A DNA stretch of 64,000 bases from an uncultured Anaerolineales bacterium (lineage in GTDB: Bacteria > Chloroflexota > Anaerolineae > Anaerolineales > UBA11858), in the NCBI GenBank assembly GCA_964458115.1, contig CAYWIC010000002.1:5936-69935 (forward strand). The letters run 5' to 3'. This document shows positions 37,061-45,600 of this stretch, in pieces. Both the position numbers and the translations under genes were made by a program. Position 1 is the stretch's first letter. Each line of letters begins with the position of its first letter. The notes under the pieces were generated by a model. That model was not told the DNA's origin and did not search any database. It saw nothing but the letters and a program-made list of their open reading frames with translations.

Positions 37061-38599
37061 ATGGAGATGAGAATGCGTAAACAACATGCCCTGGTGATCG
37101 GAGCCGGGATCGGAGGGATCGCGACCGCTATTCGAATGGCTCAGAATGGCTTCCAGGTAACCGTAGTGGAAAAATGCCAACGCGCCGGGGGACGCTGCAA
37201 TATCATCGAGAAAGACGGTCACCGCTTCGATACCGGACCGACCCTGTTCCTAATGCCCGAGTTGTACAAACAGGCTTTTGCCGATATCGGCGAGCGTATT
37301 GAGGATCACATCGAACTGGTGCGCATTGACCCCACCTACCAGATCCATTTTGAAGATGACACACTCCTGCGCCTGACTTCAGATCTCAAGGAGATGCAGG
37401 ATCAACTGGAGCATATCGAGCCGGGTAGCTTCAGCCAGTACATCCATTACCTGGCCGAGGGACAGCTTCATTACAACCTGGCCCTCCCCAACGTCGTCCA
37501 GCGCAACTTTGATCACTGGTACCAGTTCTTCACTCTCAAGAACCTGCTGCTCATGCTGCGCTTGAAAGCTATCAAGAAACATTACAAACACATCGGTAAA
37601 TATTTCCAGGATGACCGCCTGAAAGTAGCCTTCACCTTTCAGAACATGTATATGGGCGTCAACCCCTGCGAGGCTCCGGCCATCTTCTCGCTGATGCAGT
37701 ACACCGAACTGGCCGATGGCGTCTGGTTCCCGCGCGGTGGCATGTACAGTGTTATCGAAGCGCTGGAGAGGATCGCTCGTAAATGGGGTGTGGAATTCGT
37801 CTTCGATACCACCGTAGAGAAAATCATGGTCGAAGGCAACCGGACTACTGGCGTTCTGATGGAGAGGAACCAGCAGCTCGCAGCCGATTTCGTTATCGCC
37901 AATGCCGACCTGCCATATGTCTACCGCGAGATGCTGCCCGATGACGGTTCTGCCGCTCGACTGGATGAAAAGAAGTACGGCTGCTCTGCCCTGGTCATGC
38001 TGTGGGGATTGGATAAGCAGTACCCCCAGATTGGCCCTCATAACCTGTTCATCGCAGAAGATTTCCGTGAGAGCTTCGAGGCTTTGTTCGATGGACGCAC
38101 CATCGCTGCCGAGCCCAGTTTTTATATGCATGCCCCCTCCCGTGTTGACCCCAGCATGTCCCCCAATGGTCAGGATACCCTGATGGTCGCCTTTCCTATC
38201 GGCCATTTGAATGGGGATCGTTCGGAAGATTGGCCTGCCATCAAGCAGCACTGCAAAGATTTCGCCATCCAACGCCTGAAACGGTTGGGCATCACAGATA
38301 TAGAAGAACACATTAAATTCGAGATCAACCTGACCCCAGAATATTGGGAGAACCGCCACAATCTGACCAAAGGATCGGCTCATGGATTGAGCCACGACTT
38401 GTTGCAGATGGGCTACATGCGCCCGCACAACCGTCACAAGGAGTATCGAAACCTGTACTTTGTGGGTGCCAGCACCCACCCAGGGACGGGCTTGCCCACG
38501 GTGCTGGTCTCTGCCAAATTAGTCTCCGAGCGGATTCTGAGAGAGGTGGAAGCCCCCCATTCTATGATGGCGCAGGTGCCGGCAGCTGTGAAAAATTGA
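37061..38599 (+). CDS. crtI: Phytoene desaturase family protein
   Basis: GAGIGG, GHRFDTGPT, WFPRGG, YFVGASTHPGTGLP. Confidence 0.9.
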   Translation: MEMRMRKQHALVIGAGIGGIATAIRMAQNGFQVTVVEKCQRAGGRCNIIEKDGHRFDTGPTLFLMPELYKQAFADIGERIEDHIELVRIDPTYQIHFEDDTLLRLTSDLKEMQDQLEHIEPGSFSQYIHYLAEGQLHYNLALPNVVQRNFDHWYQFFTLKNLLLMLRLKAIKKHYKHIGKYFQDDRLKVAFTFQNMYMGVNPCEAPAIFSLMQYTELADGVWFPRGGMYSVIEALERIARKWGVEFVFDTTVEKIMVEGNRTTGVLMERNQQLAADFVIANADLPYVYREMLPDDGSAARLDEKKYGCSALVMLWGLDKQYPQIGPHNLFIAEDFRESFEALFDGRTIAAEPSFYMHAPSRVDPSMSPNGQDTLMVAFPIGHLNGDRSEDWPAIKQHCKDFAIQRLKRLGITDIEEHIKFEINLTPEYWENRHNLTKGSAHGLSHDLLQMGYMRPHNRHKEYRNLYFVGASTHPGTGLPTVLVSAKLVSERILREVEAPHSMMAQVPAAVKN

Positions 38600-38606
38600 G
38601 TATACA

Positions 38607-38693
38607 CCCTCACCCTACCCCTCTCCCATTGGGAGAGGGGACAAATAGGGATATTGCAACTCCCTCTCTTTAGGGAGATGGCAGGGGTGAGGG
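38607..38693. repeat. CCCTCACCC...GGGTGAGGG palindromic repeat (family B)
   Basis: CCCTCACCC-TA-CCCCTCTCCC-ATT-GGGAGAGGGG ... GGGTGAGGG. Confidence 0.88.
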
Positions 38694-38741
38694 AGAAATA
38701 TAGCTCGAAACAAAAAAAACCGAATATGAGAAGAAACGCCC

Positions 38742-39695
38742 ATGACCGCTAAACTCGCCCGCACTATTACTTGGAACAGCAGTAAACAGACCTATCTCAC
38801 CGCCCGCTTGCTGGTCGACCAGGGCATGACCGACGACTGCTACCGGGCTTACGGCTATTTCCGCTGGGCTGATGATGTCATCGACGAAGAATGTCAGACC
38901 CAAGCCGAGCGCCTGGTCTTCATCCGGCGCCAGATCGATCTGGTGGACGCGCTTTGCCTCGGAGAGCAATTCAATGATCTAGCACCTGAAGAAGAACTCA
39001 TCGCCGACCTGATCGATCACGAGCGCGGCGAGAGCTGTAAACTGCGCTCTTACATTCGCAATTTCCTGGCCATCCTGGAGTTTGACGCCTGGCGCAAAGA
39101 CAGCCTGATAAGCCAGAAAGAGTTGACCTGGTATTCAGATCGTTTAGGCGTGGCGGTCACCGATTGCATCCAGCACTTCATTGGTCACGATCACCCTTAC
39201 CCCGATGATGAGCACCGTTACCTGGCTGCTACCGCAGCCCATATGGTTCATATGCTACGAGATATGCTGGGAGACATCCAGGAAGGTTATATCAATATTC
39301 CCCGTGAATACCTGGCTGTACAGGGCCTCACCACCAAGGATACGCAAAACCTGGCCGCGCAATACAAGCCGGTTGTTCTGCGAGACTTCGTCAAAAGACA
39401 GATCGAAATGGCGCGCAGCCACTTTGCTGTTGGTAAAGAATATCTGGATACTCTGGATATCCTGCGCTGCAAGCTCGCCGGTCACCTGTATTGCTTGCGT
39501 TTTGAGGGGGTAATGGATGCCATCGAAAATGATGGCTATATACTGCGCCTTGAATATAGAGAAAGACACAAACTTCGAACGATGTTGAAAGCCCTTGGAA
39601 TAATTATAAACATTTCGATTCGACATGCTTTAGGGCTAATTGGCAGCATTTTCAGGGATCAGAATCAAGCTTGTGAACTTAAACCCAGCAGGTGA
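38742..39695 (+). CDS. crtB: Phytoene/squalene synthase family protein (divergent)
   Basis: AYGYFRWADDVID, HMLRDMLGD...YINIPRE. Adjacent to crtI. Confidence 0.75.
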   Translation: MTAKLARTITWNSSKQTYLTARLLVDQGMTDDCYRAYGYFRWADDVIDEECQTQAERLVFIRRQIDLVDALCLGEQFNDLAPEEELIADLIDHERGESCKLRSYIRNFLAILEFDAWRKDSLISQKELTWYSDRLGVAVTDCIQHFIGHDHPYPDDEHRYLAATAAHMVHMLRDMLGDIQEGYINIPREYLAVQGLTTKDTQNLAAQYKPVVLRDFVKRQIEMARSHFAVGKEYLDTLDILRCKLAGHLYCLRFEGVMDAIENDGYILRLEYRERHKLRTMLKALGIIINISIRHALGLIGSIFRDQNQACELKPSR

Positions 39696-39807
39696 TTTGA
39701 TGGCGAAAATTCCCCCCAGCGTGTATCTATTCTTACAATACTCAAATGAAAAACTTCCTCCGAGGAGAGCAAAATCTCGGAGGACTGGCATTTCATTTCC
39801 AAAAATA

Positions 39808-40392
39808 TCATTTTAGAAGGGGGATGCTAAAGCGGTAGCGGATAGGCTTATCGGCTAGCGCCCGGGATGCGTTGATCGCACCCTGATAGATCGAGAACAT
39901 TCCGATCAAGACAAAAGGTAGTGCACCTACAAGACCCAGGCCCACATAGAATAGATCAGTGGCTCCACGGTCCGTCTCTTCTAAGATGACTACCCCGCCT
40001 AACAGGATCAATAGAAAAAACAGCGCAGCAAACAACACCAAGGTGACAGTGATCTGGAAATTTAGAACATGGCGGCCGTGTTGGTTGATCTTGAAGCTGT
40101 GTTGTTTCTTCCGAGACCAAATCCACAGGGGAACAAAGACATTGCCCAGCGCACAACTGAGATGCAAGGCTGTCAGCCACATGGCCTCGTTTTGTGTGTT
40201 CTCTTCGGTAAAGTCGAACTCCAGAATATTACTCAAGTTGTTGACGGTGAAAGCCCTGGGTTCAACCTCGCCGCTTTCAATGCGCTGGATGGTACGCTTG
40301 CTGACTTCACAGTATTCGGCCAGCTTCTCCTGGGTCAAGCCTTTTTGTGATCGCAGGTCAGCGATGGTTATGCCTAAATCTGGTTGATTCAT
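39808..40392 (-). CDS. XRE helix-turn-helix + DUF4870-like membrane domain protein
   Basis: LTQEKLAEYCEVSKRTIQRIESG; LHLS...PLWIW...GRHVLNFQIT. Confidence 0.8.
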   Translation of the reverse strand: MNQPDLGITIADLRSQKGLTQEKLAEYCEVSKRTIQRIESGEVEPRAFTVNNLSNILEFDFTEENTQNEAMWLTALHLSCALGNVFVPLWIWSRKKQHSFKINQHGRHVLNFQITVTLVLFAALFFLLILLGGVVILEETDRGATDLFYVGLGLVGALPFVLIGMFSIYQGAINASRALADKPIRYRFSIPLLK

Positions 40393-40579
40393 AGTTCACT
40401 CCTCTGTTGAAATTCTACTGATCTCGTTCAAGTTTTGTTCAATATTATAGGGAGAGATATTTACATTTCAATGTCGCCCTGGCGTCATTATGGCGTCATA
40501 TGCCTTTTTCGCGCAAAAATCGTTTAGGTTTCTTGAGGCATATATTATTTAGTTAGGGGTTACGTGCTTGAGGCTTGGT

Positions 40580-40631
40580 TTGCTGGGAACAGGGGGTGGG
40601 GGCAAAGCCCCCCGCCCCCTGTTCCCAGCAA
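40580..40631. repeat. Long intergenic palindrome (family A, copy 6)
   Basis: TTGCTGGGAACAGGGGG...CCCCCTGTTCCCAGCAA with C-AAA-G loop. Lies between divergent genes. Confidence 0.92.
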
Positions 40632-40729
40632 TTTCCTCGCTGAACTTCGTGAAAGGTTATTGATAGGTACTATCCGGTGTAAAACCGAAATTATGATATA
40701 TGATTATTTAAACACTTCAATCCATCCAG

Positions 40730-41734
40730 ATGATGATTATGTCCATTAAAAAATCACAAATCTCTCAGGTAACTCCCGTTGATCTTGATCGCATCCTCTC
40801 CGCTATGGATCAACTACCCACGGCATCCGAAGAAGAGATCATCTTGGGGCAGTTGATCTATCACCAGTATGCGCAATGGTCGCACCTCTTCGAAAAATGC
40901 AAGTTCGAAGCTGGGCAGGTTATTTTCGCTGAAGGTGATCCTGGTGATTCGGCCTTCATCATTATGTCTGGCAAGTTGGCGGTGATCAAGGGGGATATCT
41001 CCTCACCGATTGTCTTGGGATGCCGAATCAAGGAGCAATCCATTGGAGAGATGGCCTTGCTGGAAGAATCTCCCCGGTCAGCGACGGTAGTGGTATTAGA
41101 ACCGGCTACTCTGATGGAGTTCAACCGCCAGAATTTCCAGGTTTTAATAAAAGAGTCTGCCAGCTTCACACAGGGGATCTTGCGTATCCTCAGTATGCGA
41201 TTACGGGAGGCTTCCGAAGCCGTTGAAATTGCCACAGTCGAAAAGATTCAGGACCCCTTGACCAGTTTATACAACCGCCGCTATATGGAGACCATGCTGA
41301 CCCATGAGTTACAACGTGCCGAGCGAGCCGGATACCCGGTCAGTTTGATCATGATGGACATTGACCATTTCAAGAAGCTCAATGATACCTATGGACATCC
41401 CGCTGGAGATGAAGTGTTGCGCCATTTAGCAGTCCAGATGAAATCGCAGGTGCGCCGGGCCGATGTGGCCTGTCGATATGGAGGCGAGGAGTTCCTGATC
41501 ATTTTGCCTGAAACGCCCCTCGATGTTGCCGCAGTACGCGCCGAAAGGCTGCGTGCAGCATTTGCGGAATTGTTGATTGAATACGAAGGGCAGGTTATCC
41601 AGGGTAAATTGTCTCTTGGGGTTGCAGTTCATCCTCATGATGCCGAAACCCCAGCGCAACTGATTCAGGCAGCGGATACTGCCTTATACGCAGCCAAAAC
41701 TGGTGGTCGTAATCAGGTTGTCATCGCGGAGTGA
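40730..41734 (+). CDS. cNMP-binding domain + GGDEF diguanylate cyclase
   Basis: GEMALLEESPRSAT phosphate-binding cassette; DPLTSLYNRR, DIDHFK, RRAD I-site, GGEEF. Confidence 0.92.
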   Translation: MMIMSIKKSQISQVTPVDLDRILSAMDQLPTASEEEIILGQLIYHQYAQWSHLFEKCKFEAGQVIFAEGDPGDSAFIIMSGKLAVIKGDISSPIVLGCRIKEQSIGEMALLEESPRSATVVVLEPATLMEFNRQNFQVLIKESASFTQGILRILSMRLREASEAVEIATVEKIQDPLTSLYNRRYMETMLTHELQRAERAGYPVSLIMMDIDHFKKLNDTYGHPAGDEVLRHLAVQMKSQVRRADVACRYGGEEFLIILPETPLDVAAVRAERLRAAFAELLIEYEGQVIQGKLSLGVAVHPHDAETPAQLIQAADTALYAAKTGGRNQVVIAE

Positions 41735-41787
41735 TTTTTTTGACTCTCACGATATTGACAAGAAATTATCGATTTGGTAACATTTGA

Positions 41788-41807
41788 CATACCAGTCGTT
41801 CAGTATG
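41788..41807. promoter_or_regulatory. Putative TetR operator overlapping a TTGACA box
   Basis: CATAC-N10-GTATG upstream of tetR; near-copy at 42456-42475. Confidence 0.65.
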
Positions 41808-41824
41808 CGTAATGTGTTAATCAA

Positions 41825-42433
41825 ATGACGAAAACGCAAAAGCAACTCCAAAGTGAGCAAACTCGCCAGCAGATCATTGGCGCGGCCTCTCTACTTTTTG
41901 TCCGCAAAGGATTTTTTGGGACATCGATTGCTGATCTGGCAAAAGCCACAGGATTGACCAAGGGCGCGCTCTACCATCACTTCGAGAACAAAGATGCCAT
42001 CTTTTTCGCCGTCATCGAATCAGTGCGCCAAACCTGGGACGAGCAAGTCGTCCGAGATGTGTTGTCTACAAAGAACGCACAAACCCGGCTTACCACGCTG
42101 ATCGAGAGGCACACACGGTTGCTTTGTGAAAATGAACACCTCTGTTTGCTTTTGAACGGCCTGGTCATGGAAATGGATGAAATAAATCCACAATTTATGG
42201 ATGCATTACTAGAAATCTACAGCGACTTGACCCAATTTATCCAGCGGATTATCCAAAAAGGGCAGGCGGTAGGTGAGATTCGGGCCGATTTGGATCCGAG
42301 ATTAGTAGCGTTCAATATCGTTGGCATGTTACGTGGAATCGGATGTTCTCCGGTATTCAAGCTCATGGGCGCTGACCATGCACAATTGGCAGCAACATTG
42401 AATCAAATCCTTTTAGATGGGCTAATTCCATAG
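41825..42433 (+). CDS. TetR/AcrR family transcriptional regulator
   Basis: GFFGTSIADLAKATGLTKGALYHHFENKDA. Confidence 0.93.
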   Translation: MTKTQKQLQSEQTRQQIIGAASLLFVRKGFFGTSIADLAKATGLTKGALYHHFENKDAIFFAVIESVRQTWDEQVVRDVLSTKNAQTRLTTLIERHTRLLCENEHLCLLLNGLVMEMDEINPQFMDALLEIYSDLTQFIQRIIQKGQAVGEIRADLDPRLVAFNIVGMLRGIGCSPVFKLMGADHAQLAATLNQILLDGLIP

Positions 42434-42455
42434 CCGTCTTTTTTTGTCTATTATA

Positions 42456-42475
42456 CATACTAAACGTTCAGTATC
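42456..42475. promoter_or_regulatory. Putative second TetR operator
   Basis: CATAC-TAAACGTTCA-GTATC, sharing CGTTCAGTAT with the 41788 site. Confidence 0.62.
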
Positions 42476-42489
42476 GATAGATCAGAAAG

Positions 42490-43449
42490 GTGATGAAAAT
42501 GGAGTTTAAAAACTTTTTGATTATCTCGATTTCTTCTTTGGGAATGGTATTTATCGCGAGTGTGGGTATCTCCTGGCTGTTTGCCAGGCAGTTCTGCAGA
42601 CCCAAGCGACGTTTGCCAAAGAAAACCCCTGGGGTTTATGGATTAGATTACGAGGAGATCAATTTCTCCAGCCAGGGAGTATCCATAGACGGATGGTTCA
42701 TCCCGGCCAGAGGGGATGCGCGCCGAAGACCGACCATCGTTGTCGCCCACGGTTGGTCAGCAAATGCGGCGCAAGTGTTACCCATTGCCCGATCAATCAT
42801 TGAAGCCGGCGGTAATACTCTTTTGTACAATGCGCGAGGCCATGGCACCAGCGCAGATGATGGGCCTATTACTCTCCAAAAATTCGCCGAAGATCTAATC
42901 GCTGCTATCAGCTACCTTGAGCAGCGAAAGGATGTCGATATGGATCGAGTAGGGGTGGTCGGCCACTCAATGGGCGGCTCGGCCTCGATAGTAGCTGCAT
43001 CAATGGACGGGCGCATTCGCGCACTTGTTAGCAGTGCGGCTTTTGCAGATCCAGAAGCGTTGACCAGAGAGTTCATGAAGGTTCATCGCCTTCCTCGCGG
43101 CCCGTTGTTTCATCTGGTTAGCTTCTTTATCAATCGCTGGCTGCATACCTCGATGAGTGATATTGCACCGAAAAATCGAATTGGACGAATACAAGCCCCC
43201 ATATTTCTCATCCACGGCGACGCTGATGCGGTAATTTCACCGAAGAACATGGAAATACTTCAGTCCCAAAGTTCAAATGGGGTTGTAAATTCCTGGCTGA
43301 TGAACGGTGGGTTGCATCACTCAACAATTATCCGGGATCCTGAATATGCACCCCGGATTGTTGAGTTCTTTGATCAACACTTATTTTCAGGCCACACTGG
43401 CGGCGCCCACCAAATTTATCTTGCTGAATTTCAAGATGTCACAGCATGA
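42490..43449 (+). CDS. Alpha/beta hydrolase (membrane-anchored)
   Basis: N-terminal TM, AHGW, GHSMGG, IHGDAD, His motif GLHH. Confidence 0.88.
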   Translation: MMKMEFKNFLIISISSLGMVFIASVGISWLFARQFCRPKRRLPKKTPGVYGLDYEEINFSSQGVSIDGWFIPARGDARRRPTIVVAHGWSANAAQVLPIARSIIEAGGNTLLYNARGHGTSADDGPITLQKFAEDLIAAISYLEQRKDVDMDRVGVVGHSMGGSASIVAASMDGRIRALVSSAAFADPEALTREFMKVHRLPRGPLFHLVSFFINRWLHTSMSDIAPKNRIGRIQAPIFLIHGDADAVISPKNMEILQSQSSNGVVNSWLMNGGLHHSTIIRDPEYAPRIVEFFDQHLFSGHTGGAHQIYLAEFQDVTA

Positions 43450-43637
43450 GAGGTTTATTCTGGCCGATACCATCCTTAATGCTACAGAAGGAGAGCCGTG
43501 TGAAGTTTCGAGCGTGCACCAAGCTTCTGGGTTGGTCAGATTGGAATTGTTCATCGCAAATATACGAAGATTGTGCAGTGGAATTTACTCGCTGTCAAAA
43601 ATACGCTTGACAACGAGTAAATTCCCCACAGACTGAA

Positions 43638-44066
43638 TTATTTAGCTTCTAGGGGACTAATAATGATGATCTCCGTCCCGAAGGGGTCAGTGACCGGGCA
43701 GTAACGGATGGGTACGTACATCAATTGGTCGGAAGGATCCTCCCCCTGGCCACCGGCTTCGATGAAAGCGCGTTGTAGCGCTTCCGCCTCTTTGGCGGTC
43801 TTCACCTCAAAGGTGATCTCCACATTGCTGGGAGTGCCTGCTTTGGCTTTGAAGAGCGTCAACCAGCCGTTGCCAATGCGCCAACCGTGCGTCCCGGTGC
43901 CTTCCTTGTAAGCAGGGGGTCCCAACACCTGAGAATAATAGGCGATTACTTCTTTATAATTCTCATAGAACAGCGCGATGCCGAAGGCGCCGGTGAATTT
44001 ATATCTCGGCTCTGGGGGTGGGTCCGTGTAAAATTTTTTCTTGTAGGTTTCGAAATCCATCATCAT
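43638..44066 (-). CDS. VOC/glyoxalase family protein
   Basis: Two beta-alpha-beta-beta-beta halves, C-terminal VTDPFGTEI. Confidence 0.75.
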   Translation of the reverse strand: MMMDFETYKKKFYTDPPPEPRYKFTGAFGIALFYENYKEVIAYYSQVLGPPAYKEGTGTHGWRIGNGWLTLFKAKAGTPSNVEITFEVKTAKEAEALQRAFIEAGGQGEDPSDQLMYVPIRYCPVTDPFGTEIIIISPLEAK

Positions 44067-44070
44067 CCTT

Positions 44071-44829
44071 TCAGGGGCTCAATTGGACATTCAATACGAT
44101 ATCACGTACGCCAGCCCAGATGGGACTGCCAGCAGCGTCCATGCCCTCGACCAGGCTGATGATCAAATGCTGTCCCTCGCCACCAGTTTGGGTAAACATG
44201 GCCTCGTTGAGAAGGTCATCGTCGCCCTCGAAGTAAAATTGAGTGGTGAGAATCTCTTGGGCATTGTACTTGATCTTGACGTGGATATGGCGCGGGCGCG
44301 GCTCGTACCTGCCTGGCAGAATAGTTCGGAAATTGTAATTCCCATCCTCATCTGTGATCGCTTCACCATAGAACTGAAAATTCGGATCGCGCCGACTCGT
44401 GCCGGGGTCATTAGGATGTAGATATACGCCATTGCTGTCTGTCTGCCAGATTTCGATGACCACATTGGGAACGGGAATCCCATTGGCATCATAGACCACC
44501 CCTGAGAATTCGATCGCTTCACCTTGGGGGAGGCCATCCGCTCCATCAAAGTCTATGAGATCGTTGTCCCTGTCTTCCGGCTTGTCCACCGGATAATAAG
44601 GTCCCTCGGCTTGAGGGGGGGTGAAATAGGTTACCTCGATGGATTCCGGTGTCGATTGAGGTGTGTCCGGAGATTCCAAAGAGACCATGATCTCTGTGGG
44701 AATGGTTTCTGAGGGTGTGGGTGCGGTTTCCCTGCCAATAGACTGGCTGGTAGTGATCACGTTTTTTGCGCAACCTGCTAGTACAAGAGCAAAAAAAAGC
44801 GTAATTGTTTGGATATTGTATGTTTTCAT
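44071..44829 (-). CDS. Intradiol ring-cleavage dioxygenase-like lipoprotein
   Basis: Lipobox LAGC; EGPYY, EIWQTDSNGVY, RTILPGRY, RPRHIH (2 Tyr + 2 His iron ligands). Confidence 0.85.
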   Translation of the reverse strand: MKTYNIQTITLFFALVLAGCAKNVITTSQSIGRETAPTPSETIPTEIMVSLESPDTPQSTPESIEVTYFTPPQAEGPYYPVDKPEDRDNDLIDFDGADGLPQGEAIEFSGVVYDANGIPVPNVVIEIWQTDSNGVYLHPNDPGTSRRDPNFQFYGEAITDEDGNYNFRTILPGRYEPRPRHIHVKIKYNAQEILTTQFYFEGDDDLLNEAMFTQTGGEGQHLIISLVEGMDAAGSPIWAGVRDIVLNVQLSP

Positions 44830-44859
44830 TTTTAATTGGATATATTTTACCCGAAAACC

Positions 44860-44920
44860 TTGACAATTTAGAAAAAACTAATAGAATTAGCTAAAACTAA
44901 TAATGTTAGAAAAAACTAAT
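44860..44920 (+). promoter_or_regulatory. Sigma70-like promoter with three 15-bp operator-like repeats
   Basis: TTGACA 44860-65, TAGAAT 44882-87; TTAG(AA/CT)AAAACTAAT at 44868, 44887, 44906 (19-bp period). Confidence 0.7.
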
Positions 44921-44932
44921 CATATTAGAAAT

Positions 44933-45568
44933 ATGACTGATGAATCTTCCCCCACAAGATTGACCCGCCGCCAGCGCAATCACGAAGCCATGAAACAGAC
45001 CATACTCGAGACGGCGCGCATGATCATGCGTGCTGAGGGTGTGGCTGCGCTGACCATCCAGGAACTGGCCCGCCGCCTCGAGATCCGCCCGCCCTCGCTG
45101 TACAACTATTTCAAGGGGAAGATGGATATCTACGATCACCTGTTTCGGCAGGGATTCGAGTTGTTTGCTAGGACCATGCAGGCGGTGGGAGATACATCAG
45201 AAACTTATTGGGATGATATGCGCCTGAGCATGGAGGCCTATATGAGTTTTGCCCAAGAAAACCCAGAGTTATTCCAGCTATGTTTTGAGCGCCACGTGCC
45301 TGGTTTCGAGCCCTCTGAGGAAAGTATGCAGGTTGCTAATCAAGCGCGCGAGATTTCAGCCACGCGGATTGCTGCTCTCATAGAAGGAGGTGATTTCGTC
45401 CCGCGAATACCCTTTGAAAAAATGTTTTATTTAGTTTTTGCGCTTATGCATGGGCTCACAGCCCTGCATCTGGCCAATGAGCCGCAGCTTCCCCAGGGTC
45501 AGGGCAGGTACGGCAGTTTGATTCCCGAGGCTGTTGAGGTTTTCGAAAAGGCCTGGAAATACGACTGA
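44933..45568 (+). CDS. TetR/AcrR family regulator (WHG-like C-terminus)
   Basis: GVAALTIQELARRLEIRPPSLYNYFKGK; ALMHGL. Confidence 0.92.
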   Translation: MTDESSPTRLTRRQRNHEAMKQTILETARMIMRAEGVAALTIQELARRLEIRPPSLYNYFKGKMDIYDHLFRQGFELFARTMQAVGDTSETYWDDMRLSMEAYMSFAQENPELFQLCFERHVPGFEPSEESMQVANQAREISATRIAALIEGGDFVPRIPFEKMFYLVFALMHGLTALHLANEPQLPQGQGRYGSLIPEAVEVFEKAWKYD

Positions 45569-45600
45569 CAAAATTATTGGTATGTATGGAGGTTACAGCA

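Noticed and set aside
37379-38479. 366-aa antisense ORF
   Set aside because: Shadow of crtI on the opposite strand with no recognisable motifs; typical of GC-rich codon bias.
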